64,000 nt of DNA from a virus, in the IMG/VR virus record IMGVR_UViG_3300028920_000062, positions 1-64,000 of that record, one strand, 5' to 3'. The notes under the pieces are model-generated. The model made no database searches. It worked only from the letters and a program-made list of their open reading frames with translations, and had not been told where the DNA came from. Below, piece by piece: positions 9,129 to 17,864 of this stretch (position 1 is the stretch's first letter; every line of letters begins with the position of its first letter). The position numbers and the translations under genes are program-made.

Positions 9129-9839
9129 ATGATTGCTGCACCACTTTTTAGAGGAGCTTTTTCTCGTGCTATTAGTAATACCGCTAAATCTGCCTGGGCA
9201 AATAGTGCGGTGAGAGGAGGTGTGTACGGTGCTGGAGCCGGTGGTCTGTGGGGAGCTATCTCTGATGACACATCTGTTATTGGTGGCGCTCTAATAGGGG
9301 CTGGACTCGGTGCTGGTGGAGCTAGATACGGCGGTAGCTTTAAAACCGGAGCACGTTCTTGGTGGAATACTGCGGCTGGACACTATGCTGGTGGATCAAG
9401 TGCTAGAACAGTTGCAGGGGCTCTTGGCAGAAGTTTCAAAAGCGGAGCTAGTCGTGCTGTAGATACAATGCGAAGCGATATTGCTTGGGCAGCAGGAAAA
9501 GTTGGCTCAATGTGGGAAGGGGGGTTTTCGAGAAGCGCCGTTAATGCAACAATGAATAATGCAAGAACTGCTGCCGCTAGTGCTGGTACTCGGGCAGCTG
9601 GCAAAGCCCGCGCCCAGGCAGCTGCATCTTCTGAAACAATTGCAAATACTGTTTGTGATTCAAACCAAGCATGCGCTGGCAGCAAAATAGCCTCTAATGT
9701 AACTAATAGCAATTGGCGAAGGAGCTCTGGAAGGCAACGTCGCCGCATGCAGCGCTCGGCAGCAAGAGCTGCATATAATATTCAAGGTGGAGACGCAGGG
9801 ATGATAAGCAGAGGGTATCTGCAAACCATGGGGCTATAG
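9129..9839 (+). CDS. Glycine-zipper, Arg-rich protein, function unknown
   Basis: 236 aa; GGVYGAGAGGLWGAI..GGALIGAGLGAGG; preceded by GGGAGG. Confidence 0.6.
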   Translation: MIAAPLFRGAFSRAISNTAKSAWANSAVRGGVYGAGAGGLWGAISDDTSVIGGALIGAGLGAGGARYGGSFKTGARSWWNTAAGHYAGGSSARTVAGALGRSFKSGASRAVDTMRSDIAWAAGKVGSMWEGGFSRSAVNATMNNARTAAASAGTRAAGKARAQAAASSETIANTVCDSNQACAGSKIASNVTNSNWRRSSGRQRRRMQRSAARAAYNIQGGDAGMISRGYLQTMGL

Positions 9840-9857
9840 TAGTCTCGAAAGACCATT

Positions 9858-11903
9858 ATGCCATTAGATCTCAATCAGTGTGACAAAGCGTGCATTAAGT
9901 GTATCAAGGGGTACAAAAAGAAGCACAAGCTGGTCGCTGGTCAATCCTTCGATATTTCTTGTGAGGGAATCCCAAGGTTCGGCGAACACATCAATATGCT
10001 TGGTTCCATTCCTGCGGACCAACAAAATACTGCTCTAAGTATTCTTGATCCTGTAACATGGGCTGCAGAAACTCTTGACTGGCATTGTCTGGATCCAGAT
10101 GGATCTGTATGGATGCGAAGAGATCCAGGAGAGTATACTAAGTGGAGAGAGCAGAATCCTGATGCTGACTTACTTGGCAACTCTCGCTACCACCGTCCGT
10201 ACCAGGCAGACATGCTTAGGTGTTCATCTCAGTTTAAAGCATTCCGCATAGGTAGACAGGCCGGAAAAACAGAGGCGATTGTTGTCTCGATGCTTTACCA
10301 CATGTTCGTTAAGCCCGGTATCCCGGAGGACGAAGGCTTCAAGATTGTTGTCATCGCTCCATACCAGGCACAAATTGATCTTATCTTTAGTAGGCTAGCT
10401 CAGCTAATCAGAAGCAACCCTGTTACCCAAAATTCCCTGCGCCGAAATGTAAAGGCTCCTGTATATACACTCGAGCTGTTCAATGGCTCCAGGGTTATGG
10501 GATTCACCGCTGGCACAAAGTCAGGTGGAAATGCAGACTCTGTTCGTGGTCAGCACGCACACATGCTAGTGTTCGATGAGGCTGATTACCTTTCTCCGAA
10601 GGATCTCGAGTCTGCTCTGTCGATCATTACCAACCATCCGAATGCTAGTGTATGGATGAGCTCTACTCCATCTGGTAAGCGAGAGAAGTTCTTCCAGGTA
10701 TGTAGTTCCAAAGAGTGGAAAGAGTTCCACTACACCTCTCGAGTCAACCCAATGTGGGATGACAAGAAGGAAGCGCTATTCAGAAGCACGCTCACTGACC
10801 TTGCGTTCCAGCACGAAATTCTTGCTGAGTTTGGAGAGCAGGAGGAGGGTGTGTTCCAGAACGTCCTGGTGCAGCTGGCTAAAGAAACCTATAGCTACGG
10901 TGATATTCCTCACATGAATACTTGGACCTACACTATTGGTGTAGATTGGAACGACACCAAGAATGGCACCTGTATCGTAGTGCTGGGCTTTGATCCCAAG
11001 AGACAAGTTTTTATTGTGGTAGACCGACATACCGTTTCCAGAGAGGGCTGGACTCAGACGCTTGCTATGCACAAAATTGTCGAGCTCAACAGGATATGGA
11101 GGCCCATTACTATCTATATCGACTCTGGCTTTGGTGGCACGCAGTGGGAGATGCTTAGGAAGTTCGGCTATGACTCACTAGCTGATCCGTCGAAGGGACC
11201 TGCTCACCCTGATTCTAGATTACGGGAGATTGTGAAGAAGTACGAATTTGGTAGCAGTGTTGAGGTGTATGACCTGTTTACAAAACAACCTATCAAGAAG
11301 CCGGCCAAATCGTTCTTGGTTGAGAGTACTGTGCGCAGGTTTGAGGCTCAGGATATCAAATTCTCAGATACTGACGAGGTTCTTGAGGCTCAGCTGCTTG
11401 GTTATATCGTAGACCGTGTTACTGCCACCGGTGTCCCTGTCTATAAGGCCAATGACGAGTCTTGTGGAGATCATGTCCTGGATGCATTGATGTGTGCTGT
11501 AATTGGCGTTACTATGGAGGTCTCTCCGCTGGGTAAGCCAAAGTACAGCAGTAAGATAACCCTGACGCCTTATTTTGGAGAAAAGGTGGATGCTGATATC
11601 TTTAGCGGTGATACAGTGCTTAACCACGAGAATCCTAGACGCAAAGAAGAGAAGGCTCGAGAAAAGGCTAGGCCGAATATGAAGAGAACGGACGGTGTTG
11701 AGAAGACCAGTCTTCTTGGGACCGAGAATAGTCTACCCGCACGCAATATGAATGATAGCCAGGTTAGGCCTTGGGACCATCCTGGATTCCTGAGAGATGA
11801 GCCAGCGCCTAGGGTACGTACGTTGAGTGAGGCGATCGATGAGGCTTACAAGAGGCAAGGTTTGCGCAGACCTACTAGAAAACCTCGCCGTAAGAATATA
11901 TAG
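9858..11903 (+). CDS. terL: Terminase large subunit
   Basis: Q motif RPYQ, Walker A GRQAGKT, Walker B LVFDEAD, coupling motif SSTP, RNase H-like nuclease IGVDWN..IDSG..DHVLDAL. Confidence 0.95.
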   Translation: MPLDLNQCDKACIKCIKGYKKKHKLVAGQSFDISCEGIPRFGEHINMLGSIPADQQNTALSILDPVTWAAETLDWHCLDPDGSVWMRRDPGEYTKWREQNPDADLLGNSRYHRPYQADMLRCSSQFKAFRIGRQAGKTEAIVVSMLYHMFVKPGIPEDEGFKIVVIAPYQAQIDLIFSRLAQLIRSNPVTQNSLRRNVKAPVYTLELFNGSRVMGFTAGTKSGGNADSVRGQHAHMLVFDEADYLSPKDLESALSIITNHPNASVWMSSTPSGKREKFFQVCSSKEWKEFHYTSRVNPMWDDKKEALFRSTLTDLAFQHEILAEFGEQEEGVFQNVLVQLAKETYSYGDIPHMNTWTYTIGVDWNDTKNGTCIVVLGFDPKRQVFIVVDRHTVSREGWTQTLAMHKIVELNRIWRPITIYIDSGFGGTQWEMLRKFGYDSLADPSKGPAHPDSRLREIVKKYEFGSSVEVYDLFTKQPIKKPAKSFLVESTVRRFEAQDIKFSDTDEVLEAQLLGYIVDRVTATGVPVYKANDESCGDHVLDALMCAVIGVTMEVSPLGKPKYSSKITLTPYFGEKVDADIFSGDTVLNHENPRRKEEKAREKARPNMKRTDGVEKTSLLGTENSLPARNMNDSQVRPWDHPGFLRDEPAPRVRTLSEAIDEAYKRQGLRRPTRKPRRKNI

Positions 11904-11921
11904 TGTATCCGAGGTACTATC

Positions 11922-12341
11922 ATGGCTCTGAATATCTACGAAGAAGCTAATCCTAGTTCTGCGTTTAGCAAAGATGCGACATTCTCTAATCCTTTTTCTG
12001 TGGCACTAAATGGAGCTTTGGGCGATGTCTATGAACAACGTTTGTACGTTCGTAATGACGATGTTGCTCGAGTCTATACAGATGTTACCGTTACACCTAT
12101 TGATGGCGGCGATAATATTGTAGATGGAACTAATGGCTTTAGCTGGAAGGTTATTGCCGGTGACCAGAAGCCGCTAGAAGAGCAATGGGATTTACAATCA
12201 CCTGGAAATAGTGCTAATGTTGGCAATCTAAGTGATACGAATACCTATCTGCCGTTCTGGATTCGCGTCCAGGTTCCAGAGGGAGCCGACGTCACTTCTT
12301 ATCAGGGCGTGCAACTAGAAATCGAAGCAACAGAATCCTAA
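11922..12341 (+). CDS. Small beta-rich hypothetical virion protein
   Basis: 139 aa; GAGG SD; acidic beta-strand pattern ending PFWIRVQVP. Confidence 0.6.
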   Translation: MALNIYEEANPSSAFSKDATFSNPFSVALNGALGDVYEQRLYVRNDDVARVYTDVTVTPIDGGDNIVDGTNGFSWKVIAGDQKPLEEQWDLQSPGNSANVGNLSDTNTYLPFWIRVQVPEGADVTSYQGVQLEIEATES

Positions 12342-12351
12342 GGAGAGCTAG

Positions 12352-15084
12352 ATGGCCAAGAGGCTGGATCAAACAAGTCGAAGCATTCTAGAGTTTCGAC
12401 CTAACATCGATTTTGTAGAACCAGATATTGAACAAGGCCCTATCCAACCTGTTGTTGATCCAACCAATCCAAAGGATGTCTTGGATAAAGCAGACGAGAT
12501 TCGCAAGTTGGCTAAGTCTGTGGACACTTTAGCTGCCGCGCTTCAAAATAAAGCAGATTTGCGTGCTAAAGATATGGTCATTAAGCTAGACCCCAATGTG
12601 GATGCGCCTGCTATCCAAGCAATGCGCCGAGCTCATCCCGGTTCAGATCCTACAAAAATTACTTATCCTCAATATGCTGCCTGCAAGGATCAGCAGCTCC
12701 AGAAGGGTCTAGACCTAGCTAATCAGGGGCTAATTTCTGCTGAGCAAATTGAGAAGGCGAGACAGAACCTAGATACTACTACAGGGTTTGATTCTTTGTT
12801 TAATAGTGAAGCTGCCAAGACCGGCGGTTTTCGTCCAGAGCTCAATACAAGGAACCAAATCATCCAGCCCATCAATATGGAGGAGTTTCAGCAAACACTC
12901 CTGGAAATGCTGGTTAATTTCTTGTGGAAGAGCTTTATTAAGCCAATCATTCCTCTTCCTGGCCTCCCTGATGAGATCGCAGGGAGCTCAGATCAAGACC
13001 CATCTCAGTATGCAAAGAGCATAGATAAGGTTTCAGATAATGCTGTAGATCAGGCTGAGAACTTTCCAAATGCAGATAAGGCCGTTCAGAAGGCGGCTGC
13101 AGATGCAGGCAATATGAAGGCCCCACCAGGTCCTACTGAGAACGCCATTAGAGATGCTACCAAGGCAGCCAGTGGAGATATCACTAAGAGTCCTAGAGCG
13201 GATGACACAGTTGACCCGTTGGCCCTCCAAGACTGTTTTGTGATTACTTCTACTTTTGAGCGTGGAGCAGCTTATTGTACTACCGAAGAGTCTGTTTTCG
13301 CTATGATGCGTCCTTCGCTTAATGGAATTCGAATTATGGCTGGCTCTCAGGAATCTAGATCGCTTGCAATCGATGCAATTAGAGACGGGACTCTTGCAAT
13401 CGACGTGGATGCTGATGAGCAGACCACTGGAGATGATCCAGGTGTAAACCTCAATGATTCAGCACACAATATTATCGAAGATGCAGGCGGAACAGGAGCA
13501 AAGCCGAAGAAGGCCTTAACAGACCATATTAAAGATTGGCTCAAAGACTGTTTCCCTTGCGACTTTAGAATTAACTCGGGGATCGGGTTTGCTGTGCAAT
13601 TCCAGAACAACCTCGAGGAAGCACTACTCCAGTATCTTCTCTGGTACCAACAGATGCTGGAGCAGGTTAAGGCATTAGCCAATCTCTTTACTTTGAATAC
13701 CAGGTTTGCTGAGATCTGTGCGATTATTGCGGCTATCAAAGACCTTGTCTGCTTGCCAGATCTTCGTCGTATTATCGCGATTCTCATGCTGTTGTTGATG
13801 AAGATTTCGTTCTCAATTAATGGCCTATTTAGTTTTATTCTCAATCTCGTTGCGCCCCTCATTCTTCCGTTCTTATCTGGTATTGTTGATACCTTTGAGA
13901 AGTTTCTTATGGCGATCGTAAAGCCTATCGAGTGCATCATCGATAGCTTTGTAAACATGATCGAGAAGTTAAACTATAATGCCATCTTTCAAAAGGGAAA
14001 CTTGAGAGACCTCGCTGTCAATGTGGGGCCACAAGGCAAAGACGTGAAATCCGAAGGAGTGAAGCTCAAGCTCGAAGCACCTCGTATTAAGCTTAATATG
14101 CCCGGTGAGGCACTGGACGTAGACGTTAAGCCTGAGTTCTTGAGCGTTAAGGAACGCCAAGTAGGTGGTGGCAACACCTATAAGGGTGCCGAATGGGGAA
14201 CTTCGTTTAATTTCCTCGAAGATGCTCCTTTGGTTGGCAGCACTATGGCAGAAGATGAACAGGCTGTTCGTGAAGCAAATGAAGAACTAGAGGCTATTAG
14301 GGCCAGAAGATCAGAAGTGGATTTTGAAGACGCAGAGGAGAGGCGAACCTATCTAGCTGAGCTCGAGGCTGCTAGGAAAAAGAGAAATGACGCCGTAGAT
14401 AAGCAAGATACTGTTCTTCCTCAGCGGCTCAGAGGGTTCTTGGAACAGTTTAAGCGCGACATGCGCTCTAGTATTATTGCTATCTCTAGGTATCTCAGGC
14501 AGGCTATTGATGCCGTAACTGCTCTTGTGGCGGCAGTTGTAGGCGAATTTAGAGCTTTGATGGCGGCATGGCTTGGAGACGGAGAGGCTGTTATCGCTCT
14601 CCAGTTTGAGAAGCTAGAGATTATCCAGCTCATTTCTATGATGATCTCTTTTGTCGCTTGGATTGTGGGTGGCTTTAAGTGTGACGATCCAACAGAGGAT
14701 GAACCCAACGCCACCAGCTTCCTTCCCAATAATTCAGAGGCTCGTATGATTCAGGTGAATGATGATGGTTCTGTCACTATTACTGAAAACCCAGCGATTA
14801 TAGACAAGGCTATTGAGAATCTAGCGGCGACGTATGGTCCTGTTCCTGCTGGTTCAGAGGCTCCTGGAGCCGAAGTGGTTGGAACTCCAGCAGATCGGTC
14901 TAGGCAGAGACTGAACTCTCTGGTAGAATTTACAGGCAATCCGACATTGGACACTGAAATTGCTAGAGTTGTCGATGCGATTACTACTCCGGCTACAGAA
15001 ACATTCAAGTGTCCTCTGCAGACCTCCGTGGCAGAAGCTGAGCGGGTCAATACATGGATGAGAGAGCTGAACGACGCTATATAA
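12352..15084 (+). CDS. Large hypothetical protein with hydrophobic helices and coiled coil, between terL and portal
   Basis: 910 aa; AAGGAG SD; IIAILMLLLMKISFSINGLFSFILNLVAPLILPFLSGIV and IIQLISMMISFVAWIVGG segments; CFPC motif. Confidence 0.65.
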   Translation: MAKRLDQTSRSILEFRPNIDFVEPDIEQGPIQPVVDPTNPKDVLDKADEIRKLAKSVDTLAAALQNKADLRAKDMVIKLDPNVDAPAIQAMRRAHPGSDPTKITYPQYAACKDQQLQKGLDLANQGLISAEQIEKARQNLDTTTGFDSLFNSEAAKTGGFRPELNTRNQIIQPINMEEFQQTLLEMLVNFLWKSFIKPIIPLPGLPDEIAGSSDQDPSQYAKSIDKVSDNAVDQAENFPNADKAVQKAAADAGNMKAPPGPTENAIRDATKAASGDITKSPRADDTVDPLALQDCFVITSTFERGAAYCTTEESVFAMMRPSLNGIRIMAGSQESRSLAIDAIRDGTLAIDVDADEQTTGDDPGVNLNDSAHNIIEDAGGTGAKPKKALTDHIKDWLKDCFPCDFRINSGIGFAVQFQNNLEEALLQYLLWYQQMLEQVKALANLFTLNTRFAEICAIIAAIKDLVCLPDLRRIIAILMLLLMKISFSINGLFSFILNLVAPLILPFLSGIVDTFEKFLMAIVKPIECIIDSFVNMIEKLNYNAIFQKGNLRDLAVNVGPQGKDVKSEGVKLKLEAPRIKLNMPGEALDVDVKPEFLSVKERQVGGGNTYKGAEWGTSFNFLEDAPLVGSTMAEDEQAVREANEELEAIRARRSEVDFEDAEERRTYLAELEAARKKRNDAVDKQDTVLPQRLRGFLEQFKRDMRSSIIAISRYLRQAIDAVTALVAAVVGEFRALMAAWLGDGEAVIALQFEKLEIIQLISMMISFVAWIVGGFKCDDPTEDEPNATSFLPNNSEARMIQVNDDGSVTITENPAIIDKAIENLAATYGPVPAGSEAPGAEVVGTPADRSRQRLNSLVEFTGNPTLDTEIARVVDAITTPATETFKCPLQTSVAEAERVNTWMRELNDAI

Positions 15085-15097
15085 GGAGATCAGTCTC

Positions 15098-17863
15098 TTG
15101 AAGATTTTCGGCGTAGAAATATTCAAACGAGGACGGTTCTTGGTTAAGGACGCGGTCCCTGATGTTAAGGCTCCAGTTCCGCAGACTAAAAAGCCAGCTC
15201 TGATGCGCCTAGTTAAAGATCCCGTGATGCGGTATCGAACTACGCGCTCAGTTGGTAGAGGTGCCTTCAATCCCGCCGAGTACGACCTAGCTGAAATTGG
15301 CCGCATTGAGGATACAGACAGTTATGTAAGGCAGGCCTTCGACAAGAAGGTCGCCCTCATGTTCAAAGAAGGTTGGGATCTTACCGGTAAGAATCTTAAG
15401 ACTATTCGCTATACCAGGACTCGCTTTGCTCAGATAGCACGAGCATCTGGCATTCCTACCAGGGCCCTCTTTCGCTCTATTGGGTCTAGTCTTATTCGCA
15501 AATCAAATGCATTCATTGTCAAAGTACGCAATATAGATGCATCTGGTGGAGAAGTCAGAAGAGAGCCGGGTAAGGCTACTTCTGTGAAGCCAGTAGCTGG
15601 GTACTTCCCTGTCCCTGCCGAGACTATGTATTATCAGCTGAATGGGTCTCGGATTACCAAGTGGCGTCAGAAGATGCCTAATGGTGAATATAAAGACTAC
15701 ATGCCTCGAGATGTGATCCACATCTACTACGATCGCAAAGACGGTTTTGTTTTTGGCACACCTACCATAGTTCCCGTTATTGATGACATCAGGGCTCTTC
15801 GCAAGATCGAGGAGAACATCGAGATGCTCGTTTATCAGCATCTTTTTCCATTGTTCCAATATAAGGTCGGCACAGATGAGCGCCCAGCGGGTGTCACAGA
15901 GGATGGTCAGCTAGAGGTAGATATCGTCAGGAGAGAAATTCAATTCATGCCATCTGAGGGTGGTATCGTTACTCCGGAACGCCACGAGATCAAAGTGATC
16001 GGTGCTGAAGGCAGAGCCATCAGGGCTGAGGGATATCTCGAGCACTTCAAGAAGAGGGTACTCTCTGGACTATCGGTCTCTACCGTTGACATGGGTGAAG
16101 GCCACACAGCTAACCGTGCTACTGCTGACAATATGTCACGCAACCTAATTGACGCGGTGAAGGATTTCCAGCAGGTGCTGGAGACTTTTATTAACGAGTA
16201 CTTCATTAATGAGCTTCTTTTGGAGTCCACCTTCGGATCAGATGTTCTAGATGAAGAGAACCTCTGCTATATGAAGTTCAAAGAGATTGACGTGGACGCT
16301 CAGATTAAGAAAGAGAATCATTATGCAGACTTGTTTGACAAAGATGTTATAGATCACGACGAGGCCCGCAGAGGAACAGGTCGTGAACCGCTAGAAATTC
16401 CAACTCGTGACGAGATTGAGTCCGAAGAAGATACTGCTATAAAGTATCCGCAGTGGCACCGCATGAGATGGAAGCTGTTCAAGGAACCAGAACTTCTTAT
16501 TCAATCTCTTGACGAACCGTGGTCTGCGGCTGCTCGAGCTACTGCGAAGAATAGTCTTACTGAGCTCAGTCAAAAGGATATAGAAGAAGTAGGGAAAGAG
16601 AAGAATAAACAAGAGATTGAGCTGGAGAAGGAACGGTCTAAGGCTAAGGTGGCTGTTGCAAAACAAAAGCCTTCTGGTGGTAAACCAACAAATACTGGGA
16701 CCAGACCTTCTCGCCCCAAGAAGGTTCAGAATGGCTATTTAAACCAGGCTTATTTAAGGCTTACTCAAGATGTTGTATCTAGAGTTTCTGAAGAACAAAA
16801 GTTAGATCATGACTGGGCTGCTCAGATTATTCGAGCTGAGCTTGATACTACTATTCAGAGATTAATCGCAGAACAAGTTATGTCTTTCCGCAGTGGCTAC
16901 GCTGCGCAGTCAACCATTTCCCCCACATTTGCTAGTCAGGTTACTACGGCCAGAGGAATGTTCTCTGACCGAGCTAATCGTTATGTTACTAGACTAGCTA
17001 ACCATGTAGTCTCTTCATTGAAGCGAAAGGTAAATAACAACATTGAGCCTGCCGATATCACAAAAACTACCAGGGCTGTTCTTGAGTCGTTCGCCTATCG
17101 AACAGACTTTATTGAAGATGTCGAGATTCGAAAGGCCTATAACTTGGGAGCAGCATGGGGGCTAAGAAACCAAGAGATAGACCAGATATATAGTGTTGCC
17201 AGAAAAGGGGCTTGTGCCGTATGCAAATCACATCATGCGCAACCCATAGAGCTCGAGTACGTCGGCATGGACGATGTACCTCCTTATCACGCGTCTTGTA
17301 GCTGTGCCCTGACACAACATAAAGAGATGACCCAACTGCGGGATGCTACAGTGCAGGATGCGGAGGGCTCGTTGCCTCCTCCTAAGGGAGTGAAGATGAG
17401 TGAGGAGCCTGCGGACAAGCCTCTACCTGGCACTAACGGCATAGTAAAATGTCCGAAGTGTGGTAAAACAGCTATTAAGAAGAAAGATACTCCAGACGTC
17501 TATAATTGCAGAGCATGCAAGACTTCATTTCGGGTAGTTACTGACGTAGAGGATGCCGCTTCTCAGGTTGGTCCAAGGACTAAGCGAGCAGGTTTTTTGA
17601 AATGTGTTGCTAGGGCTAAGGCTAGACTGAGATCTCAGCATCCAGATTGGGACGAGGGTAGGATCGAGATCGCAGCAGAGACTGCATGTGATCATCACCT
17701 GCAAGATGAAGAAGAAACCAAAAGTTTGACCGATGGCGAAAAGATGGATCGTTGTGTATCAAAAGTAAAGGCTCGACTCAAGAAGAAGGATCCAGATATG
17801 AGTGAGGACAAGCTTACGTCCTCTGCCTTTGCTATCTGTAATAGTCAATTAAAGGGGAAGTAA
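15098..17863 (+). CDS. Portal protein fused to a MuF (SPP1 gp7/Mu gpF-like) domain and Cys-rich C-terminal modules
   Basis: TTG start after AAGGAG; portal-like core (DVIHI..FGTP..DDIRALRKIEE..FPLFQYKVG); CAVC..PPYHASCSC at 17213-17305; lies between terL and the protease. Confidence 0.85.
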   Translation: MKIFGVEIFKRGRFLVKDAVPDVKAPVPQTKKPALMRLVKDPVMRYRTTRSVGRGAFNPAEYDLAEIGRIEDTDSYVRQAFDKKVALMFKEGWDLTGKNLKTIRYTRTRFAQIARASGIPTRALFRSIGSSLIRKSNAFIVKVRNIDASGGEVRREPGKATSVKPVAGYFPVPAETMYYQLNGSRITKWRQKMPNGEYKDYMPRDVIHIYYDRKDGFVFGTPTIVPVIDDIRALRKIEENIEMLVYQHLFPLFQYKVGTDERPAGVTEDGQLEVDIVRREIQFMPSEGGIVTPERHEIKVIGAEGRAIRAEGYLEHFKKRVLSGLSVSTVDMGEGHTANRATADNMSRNLIDAVKDFQQVLETFINEYFINELLLESTFGSDVLDEENLCYMKFKEIDVDAQIKKENHYADLFDKDVIDHDEARRGTGREPLEIPTRDEIESEEDTAIKYPQWHRMRWKLFKEPELLIQSLDEPWSAAARATAKNSLTELSQKDIEEVGKEKNKQEIELEKERSKAKVAVAKQKPSGGKPTNTGTRPSRPKKVQNGYLNQAYLRLTQDVVSRVSEEQKLDHDWAAQIIRAELDTTIQRLIAEQVMSFRSGYAAQSTISPTFASQVTTARGMFSDRANRYVTRLANHVVSSLKRKVNNNIEPADITKTTRAVLESFAYRTDFIEDVEIRKAYNLGAAWGLRNQEIDQIYSVARKGACAVCKSHHAQPIELEYVGMDDVPPYHASCSCALTQHKEMTQLRDATVQDAEGSLPPPKGVKMSEEPADKPLPGTNGIVKCPKCGKTAIKKKDTPDVYNCRACKTSFRVVTDVEDAASQVGPRTKRAGFLKCVARAKARLRSQHPDWDEGRIEIAAETACDHHLQDEEETKSLTDGEKMDRCVSKVKARLKKKDPDMSEDKLTSSAFAICNSQLKGK

Positions 17864-17864
17864 G

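Noticed and set aside
9858-11903. Intein or intron in terL or other head genes
   Set aside because: The motifs are contiguous at normal spacing, with no C..HN splice motifs or homing endonuclease signature.
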